Shown here piece by piece: positions 11,481 through 23,515 of a DNA stretch of 64,000 nt (positions are counted from its first letter, which is position 1; every line of letters starts with the position of its first letter). This DNA is from Geosiphon pyriformis uo1. Its lineage: Eukaryota > Fungi > Glomeromycota. The notes under the pieces are model-generated. The model did not search any database, was not told where the DNA came from, and saw only the letters and a list, made by a program, of their open reading frames with translations. The stretch spans positions 310,001 through 374,000 of the forward strand of contig JAAOMT010000577.1 in the NCBI GenBank assembly GCA_016748015.1, in the 5' to 3' direction. The translations under genes and the position numbers were made by a program.

Positions 11481-14400
11481 TAATATTATAATTATTGAAA
11501 ATAAGTAATTAAAAAAAGCAAAAGCTTTTTTAAATTATAAATTTTATAAGCTTAAATGTTAATATTAAACAGTACTTTGTGTAATAACTTAATAATAGCA
11601 ACAAAGCAACAATAATAATAACTTTAATAATTCTAAAAATTTCAAAAAAATAAAAATAATTAGTTTTTATTATTTTTAATAATAATAAAAATTTTTTAAA
11701 CAATACATAAACCAATAAAAAAGAATTAGTTATTAAACTTATCTATTAATTATATTATAATATGTTTAAAAAAATATTTAAACAACAATTTAAAAAAAAG
11801 CAAAATAAAATTATTAATAATATAATCTTTGTATTTAATATTAGTGTAATTATTTTTTTTTATTTTTTTGGTAATGAATGCAAATTATGTTTATTTTTTT
11901 TCAAAAATTGAAAGCCAATTAGTTTAATTGCTAATAAAAAAATCAAGCTGTGTAAAAAAAACATTCAAAAAAAATATATTTAAAGTTTATTTTTAGCAAT
12001 CAAAAAAAAACTTAATAAAAATAATTAAAAACTAAATTTTAAAAACTTAATTTAAAATAAATTAATAGTATTAAAAAAAACATTTTAATAAAACAAATAT
12101 AATCTAATATATAATCAAAATTAAAAATGTCTAATTTATTTATTTAAAGTTTTATTAACAAAATAATAAATTTATTAAGAAATAAATAGATCAAATAAAA
12201 AAATTTGAATTTATACAAAAAACCAAAAATAATTAAATATTCTTAATAGTAGTAATATTTAAAAAAAAACTTTATAATTTTATATAGCTTATTAATAATT
12301 AAATAAAATTACCAAATAAAATATTGTTACTTATAGAATATAAAAAGTATATTAGCATATAAATTAGCCAATCAGAAGTAAACATAATAAATGTGGAATT
12401 CCAGAATTCTTTTTAAAAAAATTACAAGATACCAAGAATTTCAGAATTCCTCTCAAAAAAATTGTAGGATTTCAGAAATTTCAGAATTTCTGGTGTAAAA
12501 AATTGAGAAATTGAGAAATCTTAAATATGTATATATAACAGTAACATTAAAAACAGAAAAGACAGACATCTAGTTTATATTTGATCTAAGCAACTTTTCG
12601 AATCACAAATATTAATAAATAATTATTTACTATCTCAAATCCACTTTTCACTATCAACACTTTATGTTGATAGTAATTAACACTTAACCATACTAGAACA
12701 ATAGCTCTTAATCATAGCTATTGATGAAATACTAATTTTGAATTGCCTTGGCTTATTTTTTTATTTTTTTTTCTTTTATTTTTGCTTTTGTTGTTATTAA
12801 GGTGGTAATTGAATTTAAGGTTGTAGTGGTAGCTATTGTTGAATGGCAACTAGTAGTGAGTTAATGATAATTACTGGAGATAAGTATTGTTGATTATTAA
12901 TGTTGGGGTTTGGATCATTTTGATTTTGCTGATTCATATTATCAGAGTTTAGATTGTACTAATTTTTTTAAGTTTAAATATTTAGGGTTTCAACTTCCAG
13001 GTTTTTTACAATCGGATTCTAGTAATTAAATTTCTGATTGTCATCTTTTTTTTCTTCTGATTTGGTTATCTTCTAAGGACTTGCAGTTCTAAAATCTGGT
13101 TGAGGTAGTGATAATTGAAATTCTAATGGTGTTGGGGATCATAATTTGAATCCTTCAAAATAATTATCATAAGTTTTCAATAATTCTGCTTTCTTTTGTT
13201 TACTTTGAAATAGGAGTCATCCAAATGTTAATGTTGTATTTAATGTGGACATGTCTGCTAATGTAATATTGATGGTACTTCTGAGTGTGTAATAATATAA
13301 TAGATATAGTGGAGATTCAATTCTTTGTTTTATCCATGTTGGTAATTGTATTTTTTTTGGAGATACTGCTGGTGTTTGTAACTTTTCTTTACCTTTATTT
13401 GTGTTAGTAATAGGGAATTGTTGTTGAGTATATCTTTTAATTTCTTGATTAATTTCTTTGATGATTGGTACGAAACTGTGATTTCATGATAAGCTGGTGT
13501 GTTGGATTAATTCTGTATAGAAATTTTTTCTTGCTGATTTAATGTCAACTGGTCTTTCAAGAAAATCTGTGATTCTTTTATTGACATAAAATTTGAAAGC
13601 TAATTCTACTGAATAATAGTTGTTGGTTAAGTCTAATTGTTGGCTATACTGTTGAAATAAAAATTTAGTGAATTCTAAATGGTTTGTCCTTATTATTTCT
13701 GATTCTGCCACTTTTGAATGATTGCTGTTAATGCTGGTTCTCTGTAAGATTATATTTCATAGGAAGTACCAAATGTTATAAGTAATTATTTGGAGTTTCA
13801 AATCAAATAACAAACTTGTAACTTGGTGCTTAATAGCTGGGTTGGTATTAATATCTAAAGAATTTACAATCTAAAGGTTTTGGTTAAGTTTTTTGTATAA
13901 TAGACAGAAATGTAGTAGTTGTTTTTAGTAGCCTTCTGAAATTGCAATTCTATCAAATTTTTTTCCCAGCATGATGGCTGGTAATCTTCTTGGTAAGCTA
14001 TCTTCAAATTGATGAGTGTTCTATTCTTGTTTCATGGGTTTTTTACCAGTCTCTATGATATTTGTAACTCAGTGCTTAATTTTTAATCAATTAATAGACA
14101 ACAACAAAAGTGAAAATAAAAGAAATAAAAATAAAAAAATAAGCCAAGGCAATTCAAGATTAGTATTCTGTCAATAGCTGTGATCAAGAGCTATTGTTCT
14201 AGTGTGGTCAAGTGTTAATTACTATCAACATGAAGTGTTAATAGTGGAGAGTGGATTTGAAATAATGAATAATTATTTATTAATATTTGTAATTTAGAAG
14301 GTTGTTTAGATCAAATCTAAACTGAATGTCTGTTTTTTTTGTTTCTAATACTACTGCTATATATAAATATTTGAGATTCCTCAATTTCTTAATCCTTCAC

Positions 14401-14917
14401 ACCAGAAATTCTAGAATTTCTAAAATCCTGCAATTTCTTTGAAAAGAATTCTGGAATTCTGGAATTCTGTAATTCTTCATATGAGAATTCTGAAATTTCT
14501 GAAATCCTGCAATTCCTCTAAGAGGAATTCTGAAATTCTATATTTACTATGTTTACTTCTGATTGGCTAATTTATATGCTAATATACTTCTTATATTCTA
14601 TGAGTAACAACATGTATTTATTTTTAAAAATTAATAATATTCTTAATTAATTTAAAGATTTAATATATTTTACAACAATTAATTTAACTATTGAATTTTG
14701 GCAAATAAAAATAAATCTTATTAATAGAAAAAAAACTATATTTATTACAAAGTATAAAACTTACAAGTTTATTGTTATATATTTTAAATTAAAAAATTTT
14801 TTATTTATATTTTAAAAATTAATAAACAAAATATTAAATTAGAACATTATAAGTTTATTTTTATGTATCTTAATAATATAATTATATATCCAAAAACTTA
14901 AAACAAATATTTAAAAC
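11480..14917 (+). pseudogene. Old gypsy pol (RT) relic, interrupted at 12325-14609 and truncated at 14917
   Basis: RT reads LNKITK*NM|YLFLKINNILN across the insertion (ancestral LNKITKxDxYPLPKIDDILD). FWQI, KT-FIT and YLNN (YLDD) ghosts lie at 14690-14880. Confidence 0.7.
12325..14609 (-). mobile_element. Defective family-A LTR element with inverted U3 ends (partial LTR + / gag fragment - / PBS / full LTR -)
   Basis: Forward LTR part 12325-~12795, minus-strand gag 12796-13773, PBS 13755-13771, full reverse LTR 13774-14609. Flanked by ATAT/ACAT, with the host RT continuous across the site. Confidence 0.85.
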
Positions 14918-15766
14918 TGTTACTTATAAAAAAAAAATACAAGAAAAAAATAAAAAAAACAGATTATAAAATAAATCAATAGGATAATAATACTCAATAA
15001 GTGAGCATATTTTCAGAAAATTATAATATATTTTTAGAAATTACAGCATATTTCCAAAAATAAGCATATTTTTAAAAAGTAACATAGAAAAAAAGTAAAA
15101 ATATATAGAATTTTATATAATACAAATTATGTATATATAGTGAGAATATTAAAAACAGAAAAAACAAAACAATAGTTAGTAACAAGTAATTATCAAATAT
15201 CTTTTTCTTGAAAAAATAGTTTGTTATAATTTGAAGTAAAATCATATTTATATTTTAATAAAATACTCAATTATTATTTAATCTATTTTATTATTATTTA
15301 ATTAAGAATCTTTATTAATTTTATATTATTACTAATTAATGTTAATAGAATACAATATTTAATTATACTAGAATAATAATTTTTGATTATAATTATTGAT
15401 GAGATACTAATTTCTTATTTCTTTTTTTCTTTTTTTTTTTATTTTCTTTATTATTTACTAATTGATTAAAGAATTAAGTACTAAATAATTAACATCATAA
15501 ATAGTTTAATAAAAGACTTATGAAATAAGAATAGAAAACTTAAGAATAGCTTATTAAAAAAACATAACTGTTAAATTAAACTAGCTACTATGCTAAAAAA
15601 AAATTTATAAAAGAAACTATTAATTAAATCTCTGTTTATTATAAAAAAAATATAACCAAACTTTTTAGATCATAAAACTTTTAGAAAACATTATTATCAA
15701 TAGTTATTGAATACTATATTATAAATTTGTTATTTATTTTAATACTTCAAATAATTATCTATAACA
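14918..15766 (+). repeat. 5' LTR, family B
   Basis: TG...CA ends, AGCATATTTTCAGAAA-like U3 repeats, followed by TT and the PBS TGGTGTTCTCTGTGAG. Confidence 0.85.
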
Positions 15767-16708
15767 TTTGGTGTTCTCTGTGAGATATAATTTAATAAAA
15801 AACAAGCACTATTAAAAATTATTTAGAAAAGTGACAGACCAAAAAATTATAAGAGGAATTACTTAGAATTTACAAAATTTTTATTTTATATTATCAAACT
15901 TATCTTGGATTAATAAATAATTATTGGTTAGCAAAATCAGCTTTCAACTTTTATGTAAATAAAAAAATTATAAACTACTTGAAAGGTCAAAAAAATCTAA
16001 AAGCTATCATTAAAAATTTTTATAGTGAGCTATTATAATATACCAGTTTTTTACAAAATTATAGTTTTGTCTCAATAATTACAAAGATAAATCATGAGAT
16101 CAAAACTTATATCAAACAGAGATTTTCTATCATCTTTGCAAACAAAACAAAAAAAAAGCTACAAATCTTAACAGAAACTTCAAGAAAAATACAACTATCT
16201 ACTTAAAAAAAACCAAGAGTTATTTTATCTATTAACTTATTATATTATTATATGTTTAAAAGCACCATCCAGATAATATCAACAACTATGCTTATATCAA
16301 AAACATTATTATTACAAGTACTATTCCAAAATAACCAGAAGAAAACCAAATTATTAAAAACCTATAGTAATTTTTTTAAAAAATTTAAATTGCAATCAAC
16401 AATCTCATTAAGATTTTAATTATTGTCATTTTAACCAAATTTTGGATCTACTAGTAATTAAACAGACACCAATTCAGAAGAAAAAGAAGACAACAATCAA
16501 AATAATAATAATCCAAACTTGATCTTAAATAATCTAAAAATCCTAACTCTGATTGTTTAAACCCAGCAAAACCTGAATAGCTTAAACTTTATTTCTATTT
16601 TTTAACAAAACTTACCTTCAGTTATCATAATTAATCAATTGTCAATAGCATCAATTGTTGCTTATTAACAACTATAACAACAATAATTTGCATTAATAGT
16701 CTACACAC

Positions 16709-17659
16709 TATTATTAGAGATTTTTGGTCTCTTTTTTTAAATGTTGTTTAATGTTAATTTGTTGTTAATTCACAATTATTAAAAGTTAATAAATTTTTAA
16801 TAACTGAATTTATTTTCAAATTATCTTTTATAATTTGAATTACTGGGCTTATAAATAAAATAACCAATTCTGTGTCAATTATTTATATAGTTACTTTATA
16901 GTAAAAGTCAACTCTTTCCCAAAAATTGCTTATCTAGAAGCTTATTAAGATGTGTAATTATTTTGCTATAAAAGTCAACTCTTCTACAGAAATTTTGTCT
17001 GCAAACTATCTTAATATTAATAATAATAAAAAATAAATATAAAAAATATAAAACAAATGAAATTTTATTAAGAAAATCGTTTTTTGTTTAGGCCTAAAGT
17101 TACTAATAAATTACTGAAATTAATAACCAATCAATTTCAAAATGTTAGTTAAAATTTGAAGAATTTCAGGTGTAGTTTTTAATAAATTTGTTTTTTAAGT
17201 GTTTGATTTTTTTTATTTAATTTGTACTAAGAAACTTGTTTTAAAAAAAATAGTTCTGAGCTAGATATATTTTTTTTGAAAAAAAATTTTTTTTTTATAT
17301 AACTTGTTATAGTACTATTCTATAAACTTGAATTTTTTTTTTGCTATAATTTTGATAAACTAAAAATATATTTTGACAAACTACAAGTTATTTCGACAAA
17401 CTATTAACTATTTTAGTAAACTGTCTATTATTTTAGCAAATTTCTATAAATTTTAAATGTTATATAATTTAGAATATTATATAATCTGATTATTTTAATT
17501 TTTATTATAAAAATTGGGTTATTAATTAAATAATAATATTTGATAATTTTAATTAATTAATAAGTAATAATTAAAACAATATTTAATATATGCTAATTAA
17601 TAATAAGAGTTTTAAGAGTAATTTTATGTTAATTAATAACTAATAGTCTACTGGTAACA
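16709..17659 (-). repeat. Solo LTR, family D, inserted in gag
   Basis: Reverse complement of 37099-38070. 4-bp TSD ACAC/ATAC; host codons resume across it. Confidence 0.9.
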
Positions 17660-20600
17660 ATACCAATTACCAAATTAGAAAAATTTATCAGCAAAGAAAA
17701 CAACACTTAAACATGACCAAATAATATAGAAAAAACCATTATAATCAATAAATAAAATAATGCTAAAACTTTTTAAATCATATCATACTTTCTACAAAAT
17801 ACTGTAGACTTATGATATTAGGGTTTAATAAACAAACCACAAGATTTTAACACATTCAAAATCATATTTCTACAATACTTTAGCAATTACAATAACATCA
17901 ATTATCTGTTAACTAGTTTTACTACTATTAAGCAAAGCAATAATGAAGCAGTCACTACTTACTTGGGATGCTTTTATAAGAATCTACACCAAATTCGAGC
18001 AATTAACACTAACTACTTTACAAGACTTCAGATCTTAAATTAATTTATTCATAAATTATACAGTAGTTTGTTATAATAGGTATGTTCATTATATTCAAAT
18101 ATCTTTCAAAATATAGTTATTTATACTAAAAATTTTGAATTAACTGAATTCAAAATCAACTATGCCCAAGCTATAAATCTAGTAATAAACAAATTATCTA
18201 AATTGAATACCAAATTAAAGCAATTTGAAAAATCAATCAATAAAAAAATTAAAGAATATTTAACTACCAATTAAGTAATTTATCAATTTTTTTAATACCA
18301 TGACTATCAAAAAATCTCTAATCAGTTCTAAAATTAGTCATGTTTATTATTATTAACAAATCAACCATGACAACAAAAAATATGTATTTGCCATTATTGT
18401 AATAAATAAGAGTACCTAAAAATAGACTATAAAACAAGATTAAATAATTAATAATTGGAAAATCAATATCAAAACCCTAATTGCAAGTTTTAAATTCAAA
18501 ACTATGTTAACAATTTGTTATTAAAACAATATTAATATTAATTATATTACATACCAATAATGTAGCAATCAATATACTTACTTTTAATCTATCAGATTCT
18601 AGTATCAGTAATATATTAACTGTAGTTATAAGTAATCTATTAGTTTTAACCAATTCAAATACCACCCTAAAATCTAATTCCATTGCTAATCAAAAGCCAA
18701 AAACTAAAGATTATTACACTCAACAAAACTAGAGATCGACAATGATTATATACTAACTAATTTTCAATCCTTTAAACCAGCTATCAAGATTATATCAGTA
18801 AAATTCAGAAAATAGATATATCCAAAACACGAATTTTTAAAACTATTTAAGTCTCTTAATAATCCCAGAAATTGCAACACCTAAATTACTAGAAACCAAC
18901 CTAATATCACTTATCAACAATATTTTATCAGCAACTATTACTGAAGATATATTACTTACAACTATTTTTTTTTTGAATTAGAAGAATTAGCAACAACATT
19001 TTTATTTAGTGGAACTACTTTTAATATCAAACCTATTACAGTCATGTATACAGATGCCAAAGTCAATGGCCAATCTATCAAATTAATTCTTAATAATAGT
19101 TCAGTAGACAATATTATTACATAACAACTTATAGATTAATTAAATTACCAAATTAATTGAGCTATCAACATTAAAATTATTATTGCTAATAAAACAACCA
19201 AGATTTTTATTAATAAAATTAATGACTTTTTATTTAAAGTTAATAGTATTATTGGATTTATTAAAGTTTTAATCATAAAAGTCATGTAATATTAAGTATT
19301 TATTGATAACAACTGGCTCTTTAAAATCAACACTGTATTTAACTGGAATACCTAAAAGCTTCAATTAATATTTGATAATCAGTATACTTAAGTATTTGCT
19401 ATCTGCAGATACTTTAAAGCTTTTTTAAAAGAGCAATTATTAATTAAGTTGGAAAAAAAAAAGAAAAACCTATCTAAGAAGCCTATTAAATTTTGTGAAC
19501 TAAAAACAAACACAATGAGCTATTACCAATACTCTTTTAGAATGACAAAAGAAAAAGAAAAGATGAAGATGAATCTCAAAACACCACTATTATAAAAAAA
19601 ACATTCAACAGTTGGAACATTTTATACTCAACATCAAAGCCAAAAAAACAACTATCTTGTATCTTATTTAAATACAAGAATTACAAAAAAAAGCTTTCAT
19701 CTATAAGAACTTAGATTTTGTCTAAAAAAAATATGAAACATATATCTGTTATTATTGTAAAACATGCTACTAAGAATGCTTTGAATATTCAAAATAGCAG
19801 AAAAAGTGAGACAACAAACCATATTTTATATGTAAAAAAATATTACTCAATAAAAAAATATGAAATAATATTCTTGATTAAAAAAAAACATATAACATAT
19901 CATGCCAATACATAATTTTTATTAGTGATTGGATAAGCAAAAAAACATTATTTAATATCATATAGAGCAGAGTTCTGTTATGTTTGGATGGTTATTTACA
20001 TAACAAAAATAAAATTTGGCAAATAACAAATGTTAAAATCAAAGACATTTCATCCAATAAAATATTAGCAATTAAAACCAACTTACTAAAACTTATTAAA
20101 ACTGTTTTTATTACAAATCTAGATATTGTTGTTAATATTATAAGCAATTTAAAACAATTTTATGAACACAACTAAGATTTAGCACTCACTCAAAAAGAGC
20201 AAGAGCAGTATTTAAAACAATTAAATATTAGAGTCTGTAAACATTGTTTAATTTCCAATAATTTCAAATATTGTGATAATTGTAACTTCATTTACAATCC
20301 ACTATTGTGTATAATTTATTTAATTTCTGAAAAAAAAAACCAATCAGTTGTTGCACTTTGAAATTGGAATTGGAACTTAATTTTGATTTTAACTCTAACA
20401 ATGATAACAACAATAGTTCTAATACTGTTTACAACAACAACAACAATAACTATGATTCAAATTCTAATAAAAATTTCTAACAATATATTATACTTTCAGA
20501 TCTATTAATGAACCAGAAACTTATATGATTTAGCAATAACAATAAAAATATTATATCAAAACTAAGATTCTGATTAAACCAAAACAAACCAAACTTTGAG

Positions 20601-22728
20601 TGTTGTTTAAGTTTAGTTTAAGTCTGGTTCAAAGTTTATAAACTTGTTCAAATTTAATAGAATTAAAAAAAATATAATTTGTACTATTTGTTAATTAATT
20701 ATTATTTTGTTTAATTATTATAATTAGTTAAAGAAATATATAAAACTATGTATATATAACAACTTTATTCTTCAACTTACCAAAATAAATTCATTATTAG
20801 TATTATCTAATATTATCAAAAATTTAAAATTTAAAATAACAGAATTTGATAACCCAAATAGTTCGAATATTAATATATTTGGTAAACATAATTTTTAGAG
20901 TAAAATATAGAACTATTTTAATAAGTTTGAATAAATGAAAAAAAAACAGCTAAATATATGATCTCAAAATATGTGTATAAACTATTTTTTTATGGATTTA
21001 CAGACACTATTAAATCTTTATAGTGCCATTTAAAGGCTTTTTACCAGACAATATATATTATAATAAAAAAATATCATAAAAAAAGCAAAATATTCAGAAA
21101 AATTGTGAGTTAATTAAAAAAATATTTTGATAAAAAAAATTGCTATTTTTTTTTATAATTTTTGGTCAATTTAACTAGAAACTGCTCTAGTCTTTTGTAA
21201 TAACTGCTATTGACATTAATAATGAAAAACTTTGTAACATAATTATTATTTGACTTATAATTATTAATGACTATTTCTTATAATAGAAAACTCTAAATTA
21301 ATTAAAATATTTCAATATTTAAACCCTATTTCTCAACTTGTTTGTGCTGATATAATTAAAAATAAAGTCATAAAACTTTATATTTTAAGTAGACAAAAAT
21401 TAAGAGTAAGTATTATTTTTATTATAAAATATCTGTTTTTTATTTATATTTATAATGTGATAAGCATATTTAACTATCAATTCCAAAATTTTTTTACATT
21501 AAATCTTTAAATATCTTTTAATAACAAAATCTTTGTCTTTATTACTGCTTATTATATTAATGACAATTGGAACTTTTAACAAACAATAATTGATTTTGGA
21601 TTAATAAGTAGATAATATAAGAGAATAAATTTGTGAATTAATTTTTTAAAGTATTAAAAAATTATAGAATTACATCAAAAATACATATGTATATTCTTGT
21701 ATAAATTTGAATTAGTTAATGGCCAATAATAAGATTAGTATACTATATAGTATATTGGTATCATTTAAAACTCAAAATTATTACAGTATTTATATCATCA
21801 AAAATCACATTTTTTTAATGTTGGCTTAAGTTGATTTTTATTATTGCTTAGCATTATTATAGTAGTTATATTATTAAAAACCACATTTTCTTAATGTTAA
21901 CTTAAATGGTTTTTATCATTGTCTTAAGTCGAATTTTCAGCCAAAAAGATTAAGAAAAAAAGTTTAAAAAAAAGTTACATTTACCCTCTTTTTATATAAA
22001 TTTATTATTAATTTTATTAGTTATAACCTAATTTTTTTTGACAACTTCTTGCTATTACTTTCAATAATTTTGCAAATAATAATACTTTTATAAAAAAGTT
22101 AATGAAAAAATTAAAAAAGAAAAACATTCAATAGAATTCAAAAGATTTTTAATTTTGATGCTTTAATTATATTTTAAACTTAACAGTACAGATGGTTTTA
22201 AATAAAATAAAGAATAATGTTTTTAAGATATTTGTTAAAAACTCAAACTAAATATATTTACCTAAAATTTTCTTAATGTAAACTTTGTATAAATTAAAGA
22301 TTAGGAAACTTACTCTGCAATTTGTATCTTATTTTAATGTTTTAAGATCTTTAAACATATCTGTAATATATGTTAAATTAAATATTATAAATTTATTTTG
22401 GATTGTTTTATCTGGTAGAATTTTACTTATAACAAAGTCAGAAATAGATTATTTCTTAAATTGGCAAGTTGTTTATTTTTAATTTCATATATTTTGAATA
22501 CAAAAATTCTAACAATAAATTTATAGACATTAAACACACTTACTAATATTTACATTGATTTCCATCAATATGTTATTTCACATGATCAATGAGTTGTCTT
22601 TGATAAGATTGCTAAATTTTTTGAATTATTTAAAAATATTATAGTTAAAATATTAATTAGTTTAAATAATACTGTCTTTTTAATTATTTTTCTTTTTAAT
22701 ATTATTTTTAATCACATCAAAAACATGG

Positions 22729-23496
22729 TGTTACTCATAAAATATAGAAATCATATTAGTATATAAATTAGCCATCAGAAATAGACATAGTAAAAAAGAG
22801 AATTCCAGAATTATAAGATTTTTATATAAAGAATTACAAAATTTCACAATTCCAGAAATTTCAGGATTCTTGGTACAAAGAATTGAGAAATTAAGGAATC
22901 TCAATTATGTATATATAATAATAGCATTAGAAAAAGAAAAGACATCTGAGTTTTACTTCTTAGTTAACATCTATATATTTATATTATCAATAAATATATT
23001 TATTAATTATATCAATCTAATTGTCCACTATTAACATTTTATGTTAATAGTAACCAATACTTAACTACACTAAAATAATAGTTCTTAATTATGCCTATTA
23101 ACAGAATACTAATTTTTTTGCTTTGGCTTATTTTTTATTTCATTTTTTATTTATTTATTTTTTTTTTTTGTGTTTTGTTGTTGATTTACTAATTGATTTA
23201 ACAAAAATTAATGTGTGGGTTATTGATGTCAGGATAAAACACTGGTAAAAGACTCAGAAATAAGGGTAGACATTCAGAATTGAAGATAGCTTACCAGGAG
23301 ATTGCTGGCCACTACATTAAGAAAAAAATTAATAGAATTGTAATTCTGAGAAGTGACTGAAACAACTATTGAATCTCTGTTTATTATACAAAAAACTTAA
23401 CCAAAAACTTTCAAATCTTACCAATTGTATCAAATACTAAGTACCAAGTTACAAGTTTGTTATTTGCTTTGAGATCCCAAATAATCACTTGTAATA
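22729..23496 (+). repeat. 5' LTR, family A
   Basis: TG start, mutated CA end. GAATTC-rich U3 repeats, TATA-like GTATATATA, T-rich tract. Matches 31674-32457. Confidence 0.95.
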
Positions 23497-23498
23497 TT

Positions 23499-23515
23499 TG
23501 GTGCTTTCTGTGAGG
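23499..23515 (+). promoter_or_regulatory. Primer-binding site, probably elongator tRNA-Met
   Basis: TGGTGCTTTCTGTGAGG, 2 nt after the LTR. Four-copy consensus TGGTGCTTCCTGTGAGG is complementary to a tRNA 3' end CCTCACAGGAAGCACCA. Confidence 0.75.

Noticed and set aside
12390-12500. GAATTC/TTCCAGAA U3 repeats as heat-shock elements or a restriction-site array
   Set aside because: The spacing gives TTCnnGAA pairs but not reliable three-unit nGAAn arrays. They are treated as LTR U3 tandem repeats only.
21800-21935. ~75-bp imperfect tandem duplication inside the hAT element
   Set aside because: It is real but short and degenerate, probably intronic, with no evidence of function.
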